DNA of 64,000 nucleotides from Plasmodiophora brassicae (Eukaryota): NCBI GenBank assembly GCA_036867785.1, contig CP145426.1, positions 186,001 to 250,000 of the forward strand, read 5' to 3'. Shown piece by piece: positions 55,550 to 64,000 of this stretch (position 1 is its first letter; each line of letters starts with the position of its first letter). The notes under the pieces were generated by a model. It saw only the letters and a program-made list of their open reading frames with translations, ran no database searches and was not told where the DNA came from. The position numbers and the translations under genes were made by a program.

Positions 55550-57300
55550 GGTTATTCCACCGTTGAAGTTCCTTCTCGAACGACTCGCCGGTCGATTCAC
55601 GTTGTTCAGGTGGTTTGGTGTCCTAGTTTCGTCGACCCTGGTATGGGAGGCGAATGCATCGCAGTGGCAACCAAACGGAGACCTCGTTTCAGTGCATCAG
55701 TGTAATAGTCACTGGTGGCGAATGGCGTCTGATGCTCAATTCGCTGGTTTTCGACCTACCGTATTAGCGGGCGTTATCATCGAGGCTCTCTACCGCACCT
55801 CGCTGGGCAATGTCGTCTCGAGACGTTACTGCCAACGAGCCACTGCTGGACTCGGCATATAAGCCAACGAACGTGCTGCTGCTGCAACTCTTCCCAAGGC
55901 ACCCGCAGGTGTAGGACGACGTTCTGCTTCCGAGTGGCAGCATTGCTGGATTCGGTTTCGCGACACTGAACGCCAAATCCCAACGAGCCTCCATCCGGAG
56001 TGAACCCAGTCCTGACAGCGTGAAGGCAGGCATCGTTCGCCCGCTCATAAGAACTGATCTCTTGATGTTCCCCCAGGACGCAAGACATCGTGGGTTAACG
56101 CTGCGTCTCGCGCGATGGATCCCTGGGGCATGCGCTGGCGGTCGCGACGCGCCCGGTTGCCGAACCGTCACAGCCCCGGCCCGCTGTGTCGGCGATGTCG
56201 AAGACGTCGGCCTGGCTGGAAGCGCGCCGCGGCCATATCGTCGACACGGACGAGTGGCGCGGCGTGTCGTGAAGCATCTACCAGCACCTGCAGGAGACGC
56301 TGGCGAACGACCGTGCCGGGTTCTTCTCCGAGCTAACTGCCGCCGAACCGCTCGCCTACATGAACCGCATCGAGCAACGGCGTACGTCTGCGTCATGTCG
56401 TTGGGTGTCCGCGATCGCTGATCCGATCGATGATGACACTTCAGTCAGTGCCCACGCTGCCGGCGTACCCGTCGTTCATGGACAAGCGCGGGATCGTCGA
56501 CGCGGCCGTGGCACACCCCGCCGATCGCGCGCGCTGACGCACCGATCGCCGATCGCACCTGCCTGGAGGGGATCCTCGAGTGCACGTCTGCTGGAAGCGT
56601 CGCCCGACACGACGCCGGATGAAACCCACGAGCGGTTGCAGATTCTGGCGAACGTGGCCATCCCGCCCACCCTGCGACGGCAGGTGCGTATTAACGCGCG
56701 TGACAACGCAGGCTCTGCTGACCAATCGTCGCCAGGTCTGGCGCCTGTGCATGGCGATGCCGTCGGCGCGTGCGCCGTTCCAGGCGAGCCTGTCGGCGAG
56801 GAACGGTCTGCTGCGCGAGCGCCAGCCGTTACGACGGTTCGCCGTGGTCAGCGGCCTCGAGGTTGGCTCTCAGTTGAACGTTCCGCACCCAGTCAGGCAT
56901 GTTTGCCTATCTACGGGTCTCCCTCTGCAGGCCGCATTGGACGACATGTGCGACTACGCGTTCGTGCCTATCTGCTCTGCGCCCGTCGTCCTGTACGTCT
57001 GGGACCAGCTGGTCCTGTCCCGATGGCAGATGCTGCCGCTGCTCTGCGTCGCGTTCCTCGTGTGCCTGCGCTCCACGCTCCTCAATGTCGCCCGCGCTGT
57101 GCTTATGCTTGCACAGAACGGCCCTAACGGGAGCGTGTCCCCAGTGTACGTCGCCGGTCGCGTTTCAGCAAGCGATCAAGCGCATGGGACCACATCTGCA
57201 GCAACGCGCGTTCCAACGGGCGGTCTCTTTGCTGTACCCTGTGCCGCATCCTGCAGCGACGTTTGACCGCCAGGCCGGCATTCCACCGGCACGTTCCGCC
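55550..57300 (+). other. Spliced or degenerate gene of unknown function (weak TBC-like C-terminal motif)
   Basis: Protein-like segments, e.g. VVLYVWDQLVLSRWQMLPLLCVAFLVCLRSTLL; exon structure not resolved. Confidence 0.4.
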
Positions 57301-57502
57301 ATCGACAATGCGCATAAAGGCAAATCCCACCTACATAGGACGGAGCGGTCGAAACGCCGCGAACCTCGAACGACAAGTCGTTTCCTAATACCGGGACCGC
57401 AAATCTAAGTACTGTGGACGCGATCGAACTGGAGGAAATCTACAGTGGACTTGATCGAACTGGGTACTACCGCGTCAGGCTGGAATATCTAACCATTCCA
57501 CA

Positions 57503-58774
57503 ATGCAGGTTCCTGCGCATGTTCAAGCAAAACCAAGCATCAGGGAACACACACCGTATGTTAACGACCGGTTCATCCGGTCACCAGAAAACCTGCTCAC
57601 TCTTCGGCTCTGCCAGTCTCCGGTAGCGTCATGGGACTACTTCGTGTTTCTAATCTGGCAAGGACCCATGTACGTCATCGCCCTCTTTCAGCGTGTGGCG
57701 CTGGCGCTTTACACGACGTTCATTCATGCCGTGCCCCCAACGGACCCGGACATTGTCCGATTTGTTCTCAACACAACTCTTTCGATGCACGTCAGCAAGC
57801 TGGAAAGCGAAACATCCGGTGCTGGTCGGGGCGTGGACGTCGAGGTCTTTAAGTTCGCCTTCCGCGGTTGTCTGCTGGAGTCTGTTGCGGGAGATCGCCT
57901 TGAGTCCATGGAATTAACGTTTACCTTGCATGGGAAAGACCTTTTGGAACTCGAAACAGTTCACGATCCTCTGCGCCAGCATCGTCGATCCCGCCTCATG
58001 TCTTGCGTGATTAACAGAAAACCCGTTGCTGACCGCGGGCTGATTATGGGAGCACTCAACGTCTTCTTGGTGGCCGGTATCCACCCAAAGATTCACACTG
58101 CATCCGCACCGCTGGCGCGTTTCATTGAGGAACAGAATATTGACGAACTGAAGCCGTCACTCGCGGTTACTTCTTCATTGCATACCACCTTGCTTACAAC
58201 ATCATTCAGCCCGATTGCGGAGAACAAGTGGTTAACTGGCAGCTGGATTTACATGATACCAGTGACCACGAACTCTCTCGTCGCCCAGTCCCTGAACTGG
58301 GAAGACTTTCGGCACGAAGGACAGCTCCTTCTTCGTGGGATATCTCCGTTCTGTTCGTTTCTATGGGACGCTCGCAAATCTTGCCTCCGTCACGTTCGCC
58401 ATGATCGACTATCCGAAGAAGAGGTCGATAATGCGACACCCGCCGTTAATCTTCCGCCGTTCCATGCCGAATGTTTCTTCCTGACAACGGTCGTCCATGC
58501 TGCGGACCACTACAACGCACACAAATTCTCCTGGTGGCTGAAGTATCCGTTGCATTATAACGAAGAACTGGTCCAGTCGGGGATTATGCGCCAGTTTTAT
58601 TCGTTCACCTGTGCTGGATTTCGTTACTCTTTTGAAGCGCCAACTTTGAACCCGTTGCGACCCAACTTGATGCAAGGGATGCCGGTTGACAGTGTCTACG
58701 GCAGGATATACGACGACCTGAAGAAGGTCAACAAAGAACTTGCTGACTGCATTACTGCCAGTATTATGTACTGA
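57503..58774 (+). CDS. Hypothetical 423-aa protein with His motifs
   Basis: Long intronless ORF with normal composition; HPKIH and HAADH motifs. Confidence 0.7.
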   Translation: MQVPAHVQAKPSIREHTPYVNDRFIRSPENLLTLRLCQSPVASWDYFVFLIWQGPMYVIALFQRVALALYTTFIHAVPPTDPDIVRFVLNTTLSMHVSKLESETSGAGRGVDVEVFKFAFRGCLLESVAGDRLESMELTFTLHGKDLLELETVHDPLRQHRRSRLMSCVINRKPVADRGLIMGALNVFLVAGIHPKIHTASAPLARFIEEQNIDELKPSLAVTSSLHTTLLTTSFSPIAENKWLTGSWIYMIPVTTNSLVAQSLNWEDFRHEGQLLLRGISPFCSFLWDARKSCLRHVRHDRLSEEEVDNATPAVNLPPFHAECFFLTTVVHAADHYNAHKFSWWLKYPLHYNEELVQSGIMRQFYSFTCAGFRYSFEAPTLNPLRPNLMQGMPVDSVYGRIYDDLKKVNKELADCITASIMY

Positions 58775-59194
58775 GAATTACACCCACAACCATTCTTCTC
58801 ACACAGATCATAAACGAGCATGCACGGAATCCCTGTCCCGATGTATATATGTAGGTAATGCAGCACTGTGCGAAACCAATATCATTCGACAATAAAGGGT
58901 CCAATCTATGGCGAAGTCGATTACGTACCCATCGAGATTCTCGTTCCGGATACAGGCTCATGATCCGCATTTTCAATGCTAACGTTTCAGCGAAATACGC
59001 CCGTCCTGACACTCGATAATCAGAAATTCTTAATCGTTAATGTGGCACCATCGGGAAAGGGTCTTACCGTTTTACGATCATCACGCTCTGTGAGGAAACA
59101 GCGACGGGGAGAAATAGACGGAGCTCGTTTCGACTATAGGTATCACAGCGTCCAATTTGTAGGGAATACTGTTGCGAGAGGAATCCCGTTCGGT

Positions 59195-59767
59195 CCGTCA
59201 GTCGACTTCGACTTCACGGCCGGCTTATTAGAAGACGTTGCAGGGATGTCTGCCGACCACATCCGGTCGGGGGGATTGCAGCAGAAGAACCGCAACGAGC
59301 TCGTCCTATCTGAGTTCCTAAAAAACGAGATTCCGAAGCGTTTGGTTACGTTGCAGGTGGATCCGGTCACTCTTCAAGGTCGTCCGCGGGTCAGCCCTTG
59401 CTGGCAGCGTATTCCTTAAACTGTCAGAATTAGCGACACATATACCGTTTGTCAGACACGGTGCTTACGAATTGGGTATACTCGGCCTGGCGTCTTACGT
59501 CATATTTTTTAGTCATCCAAACGAACGACACCGGGACGCCTGCGTATGCTGACTGCGGGCAAACTCGTCCAAGCACTCCAGCGCACGTATGGAAGACGGG
59601 TCCGCCGGCAACGGAACCAAAAGCTTCGGGATCTCGTCTTTGAGGAACTCAGATAGGACGAGCTCGTTGCGGTTCTTCTGCTGCAATTCCCCCGACCGGA
59701 TGTGGTCGCCAGACATCCCTGCAACGTCTTCTAACTAGCCGGCCGTGAAGTCGAAGTCGACTGACGG
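59195..59767. repeat. Inverted duplication of a coding-like fragment (arms about 170 bp)
   Basis: About 59195-59364 is the reverse complement of about 59598-59767 (GPSVDFDFTAG...LQQKNRNELVLSEFLK). Confidence 0.9.
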
Positions 59768-61061
59768 CCCATCAGAAAGCAAGCATACAGCCATCGTTGG
59801 TCTGACCGGACGACCCATTTCGTCAGGGATGCCGCCACCATGGCGCGGGTTCACGATAGGGTCGTTCCTCGCATCGGCGGCAAAAACGCTTTCTCGAGCG
59901 AATGCACGAACGATGGGGTTAGCATCATCCATGGTATCCAACCGTACGTGAGCCAGCCCCAGACGGCGCCGTCGAAGCGAGGCGCGCTAGGTAGGTATTG
60001 ACGTCGTCGTGATTCGTCCACTGATCGAACACGGCGATCCGCAGTCGCCGGCTGGTCGCAACAACTGCGGAAGTCCGTCAACCTGCTTTTTTGGCGCGAA
60101 GGACCAGTTGACCCTATTTCAGCTCTCCAGGTGTCGCACCCGTCCATCATCGCCGATCGGCACTGGAATCGGCACTCGGGAAAGGTCCGGGAGCTTCTAC
60201 TTGCCCAGTGGGGGTCGTATACCCTGTGAGGCAAGTCACGGCGACCTCTGACCATGAACCAGCTCGTTGCTAATTCACACCGTTCCCCGACACATATGTA
60301 GCCTGAGAATATACTTTTAATTCTATGTTGCTTCCTGTCGCTGTTGCTGTGTTCCGGCCCAGCAACCTGACTGTTGTAATACAGTGCGCTCGCAATTTCT
60401 ACAGTATGAACAATCCTGCCAACGAGACCTTCTCGATCGAGGTACATGCTCACATTAGGCGTCCGGGACATACAAGCATTCTTATGCCACTACTCCATAC
60501 TGATCGGTTCTCTAGGATATGCCAGTTGCCATATACCAACTGCCTGGATGTAAGTGCAAACTGCTGGCTGTCAAGGCACATACAAACGTATCACCAGGGT
60601 CATTCGGACGGCCCCACCTCAAGCACCACAACACGATGCTGGCCCAGACACCTGGTACGCTGTCGTCAGAGCTAATGCATAGGAGGGCGATGAAAATGAC
60701 AAACGAACCGGCGCTTCAGTGCAGAAAACCCAGCAAATGCACCCGCATTAACGTTGTTACGCAGCATCTGTGGGCACGCAGACCGTCCTTCTCAGCCCTC
60801 GCTATCATGGTGCATTCGCATCGTCTCTCGGCGTGGTCGCCAGTTCGCCCTGTTCGTGGCGCTTCTTCGGCAAGGTAGTCGGTCAACGCGTGGCAATGCC
60901 AAAGTACAACTGATCGTAAACTCATTCATACAACGCGTGCCGTTATCTAATCAGGCCTACTGGCAAATTCGACTCCGGCATCCTGATGACGAGATAATTG
61001 GCGGGAAAACAACGGGAGCATTTACGCTAGCATGTACGGCATTCGCGCGAGCGATAGCACG

Positions 61062-62079
61062 TCAGATATTGCGTTTCTTCAGCTCGGCCTCGGTCCATGA
61101 CCACAAGCGGTCGGCCAATTCGTCGTCGGTGGCAAGCTTGGATAGGCCGCTCGACAATGCTCCCAGTGGGATAAAGTACTTGTTCTTGAGGGTCTTGTCG
61201 ACGACATCAGGCGACGTGGCCACGTATAGCGACGTGTATGCCCCGTGGGGCGTCGACAATGCAAACAGAGATTGCATGAGCCACATGACAGGTCGCAAGA
61301 AGAATCCTAGGTCGCGGATGATATCCGTCTTGACGAATCCTGACGGTGCTTAGTTTAGATCATGTGAAGCAGACAAACCATGAGGCAGTTACCTGGATGC
61401 ACAGAATTGACGAAAACCTTGTCGCCGTATCGCTTATGGAGTGCGGCCGTGAACAGGATACTGGCCAGCTTGCTCTGCCCGTACCGGCCATCATTGCTCA
61501 TGCTCTTCTCATCGTTCATCGTGTCGAACAGGATGCCTTGCGACGGCGCAGCTTTATGAAGAGTGGACGAAACGTTGACGATGCGCGGGTTCTCGGCGCG
61601 CAACAGGAACGGGATCAGCTCGCGCGTCAACGCGAAATGGCCGACGAAGTTCGTCTGAAACACGCTCTCGAACCCATCCTTCGTTGTTGAAAACGGGACG
61701 ACGTAGATTCCTAAACACATTTGGTGTTTGAAAACCCGAACGTGATTTGGTCCGGGACGTTACCAGCATTGTTGATGAGAACGTCGAGACGGTCGTGCTT
61801 GGCGGCGAATGACCCCGCCGCTTGCACGACATTCTGCAGGTCGGCAAGGTCGAGGTGAAGGAACTCGACAGCGGCGGACGGTACCTGCGCCTTGATCTGC
61901 GCGATGGCCTCGTTGGCGCGCGACTCGGACCGCGACGCCATGACGACGGTGGCGCCTTTGCGGGCCAGCGCGAGCACGGTCTCATAGCCGATGCCCTGGT
62001 TCCCCCCGGTCACCAGGATCACCTTCCCGCCCAGATCCGGCATCGTTTCCGGCGAGAACCCCGTCGGGTTCGACGGCAT
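61062..62079 (-). CDS. Short-chain dehydrogenase/reductase (retinol dehydrogenase/WWOX-like), 3 exons
   Basis: VTGGNQGIG, LDLAD, INNAG, TNFVGHF.LT, VNVSS, YGQSK, VHPG. Confidence 0.93.
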
Positions 62080-62314
62080 GTCTCCTTGCACGTAGTCAGG
62101 GCAAGGGGCCGCCCGCGTCCCAAACGGCGTCGGTCGAATGTCCAAATGGTACAACACGCAATGTCGGCGATTTTTGGGCCTGCGCGACGCTGCGTGAATG
62201 TCCGCGACGGGCCACGCGTCGTCCGCACTCCGCAGCAGCATCGGCGCATCGCAGGTGGGCAAAAAAAACAGCTGGGCCCACGGAGCCGGCTGTCATTCCC
62301 TGCTGGCCGACGGC

Positions 62315-64000
62315 ATGACGTCGACCGGGTGGGTGTCTGCGGGGCCACTATCGGCCTACTTTGGCGACAGCGCCGGCCTGGTTGACCTCGGCGCGGTCGT
62401 CGATGGGCACCGATGCGCGCTTCGCGGCATCGTTGTGCGGCTGGCAACGGGCGCCGCACCCGGCGTCATCCGGTTCGGCAGCGATGACACGCAGCGGTTG
62501 GTGTCGATGCAAGCGACGAACCCCAACGTGAACCGGAGGGAAAACCGGATGCTGTCATTCGATTTCGAAGGCGTCGTGGAAGACGGCGACGTCGTCGACC
62601 TACGTCCTGGTGAAGAACGAACGCTCGTTCTTCGGTTAGCGCCATTCGGGGCGTCATCCCGTGGGTCTGGATTGAAACGATTCAGTTCGGTTCCATGGCG
62701 AACGACATGTCGACTTACTCTCGGGCCTAACGTCATTTCTTTTGATGTTTCGGCACGGTTCTGCCGGTCGCTGCTGGCCATCGACACGAAGGAGATCCTC
62801 TTCGAGTGCGCCGTTGATAGCAGCGACACGAGAGAGCTGATGGTTCAAAACTTCTCGGACATTGCGACCTGGTTTTCTCTACGAGTCCCGTCCAGCGATT
62901 GCTTCACTTTTGTCGACTGTGCTACATTGTCCCCGATTCTGCCTCGACATCCCCTTGCTGGGTCCGGTCAGGTTAATGTTCGAATGATATACCGGCCACG
63001 GTCGTCTTCTGTCGGCGACAACACGCATGAACTGGTGCTCGAGAACTGCCTTGATGAGCGTAATGTGGAGCGCGTCCCGATCATTGCATCCGTTACACTG
63101 GAATCCCGGGAACAAGGCCTTGTCCTGTCTCCAGATATAGTTGATTTTGGCGACTGTGTTTCGGGCGAGACCATCTGGCGGACCATCACGTTGAAGAACG
63201 CAACTCGTGTCCCTCTCGAGATATTCTTGACGTCGAATGCGTCCGGCGGACATAAGGTGCTGTTCTGTTTGGAGGAACCCACAGAGACTCAGCAGGGAAA
63301 CAATGCGGCGGATCCGCTGGTGGCGTCTCCCACCGCATCAGATGACGATGATTTAGGTATTCATATTCCTCTTGGTGGATCTGCTAAGAACCTTTCTGGA
63401 TCGCGGCCTCTATCTTGGGCCCCGTCGACAAAAGAAGGCCAGTCGGGACACTCGCGACATCCGTCGGTGTCGCTAACTGACTTTCTGGAGCTTTCTCCCC
63501 CGCCAACAGTCTCTGATAAGGTGAGAAACCTTGTCGAAGAACTTACTATCCCGCCTGGCAAAGAGCGCGTCTTGCGAATTTTCTTCACCGGTTCTGTTTC
63601 TCCGTCAGTGTCTCACTCGTCCAGTGGAGACGGCAATCGCGATGACGCGTCTTCCGCGGATGCGCTCTCGGGGCCTGCTTTTCCTGACTACACGCGTTTG
63701 CAACCTCTGAAGTTCCATCTCTTCCTGAATTGCCGACCATCGAACATGCTTGGAGCAACCATTCATGGTAAGTACTCCAGGGTTGTGCGCTGCATCGCCC
63801 GTTTATGTACGTCTTTGATTGCTGTTTCGACATCTGCATTGAACTTCGGGGAAGTCGCTGTATCCCAGTCGTCTGCCATGTCGTTTAATGTCGAAAACCT
63901 TTCGGATATTCCGACGACCGTTGCTGTTGACTTCGAATCAAAGGCGCTGTCTGTATCCCGCAATCTAATCGAACTGAATCCCCGTACGTCCGAGGAAGTT
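62315..64000 (+). CDS. Large protein with ASH/MSP-type Ig-like repeats (3'-partial)
   Basis: Same frame at each point checked, to the window end; LSPDIVDFGDC..G....RTITLKN and LNFGEV.V.....SFNVENLS motifs. Confidence 0.65.
   Translation, partial: MTSTGWVSAGPLSAYFGDSAGLVDLGAVVDGHRCALRGIVVRLATGAAPGVIRFGSDDTQRLVSMQATNPNVNRRENRMLSFDFEGVVEDGDVVDLRPGEERTLVLRLAPFGASSRGSGLKRFSSVPWRTTCRLTLGPNVISFDVSARFCRSLLAIDTKEILFECAVDSSDTRELMVQNFSDIATWFSLRVPSSDCFTFVDCATLSPILPRHPLAGSGQVNVRMIYRPRSSSVGDNTHELVLENCLDERNVERVPIIASVTLESREQGLVLSPDIVDFGDCVSGETIWRTITLKNATRVPLEIFLTSNASGGHKVLFCLEEPTETQQGNNAADPLVASPTASDDDDLGIHIPLGGSAKNLSGSRPLSWAPSTKEGQSGHSRHPSVSLTDFLELSPPPTVSDKVRNLVEELTIPPGKERVLRIFFTGSVSPSVSHSSSGDGNRDDASSADALSGPAFPDYTRLQPLKFHLFLNCRPSNMLGATIHGKYSRVVRCIARLCTSLIAVSTSALNFGEVAVSQSSAMSFNVENLSDIPTTVAVDFESKALSVSRNLIELNPRTSEEV

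Overview
GC-rich, gene-dense eukaryotic DNA with short (about 50-60 nt) GT-AG introns. The style fits a plasmodiophorid plant parasite such as Plasmodiophora brassicae, but that is inferred from gene style only. The window has three kinds of content. (i) Housekeeping genes: SS18/GIF-like, ACOT9, SET-domain, ARID, TBC1D7, C2CD5, APE1, SURF1, MED10, a CDF transporter and an SDR. (ii) Signal-peptide effector-like genes: Skp1/BTB-like + ankyrin proteins, an F-box-like protein, a Trf4-type nucleotidyltransferase and two double-Nudix proteins. (iii) A 16.3-kb nest of mobile elements: an APE-RT-RNaseH LINE interrupted by two LTR retrotransposons and a Harbinger-type MITE, with all four target-site duplications readable. 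The most striking items are: an LTR element with identical LTRs that joins a Ty3/gypsy-type gag + protease to a Ty1/copia-type integrase-RT-RNaseH and has AAT...ATT termini; a copia element with a -1 frameshift signal between protease and integrase and a tRNA-Lys anticodon-half primer site; and a duplicated cassette of secreted RNA-tailing and Nudix enzymes. All family calls are from motif recognition by eye, not from database searches.
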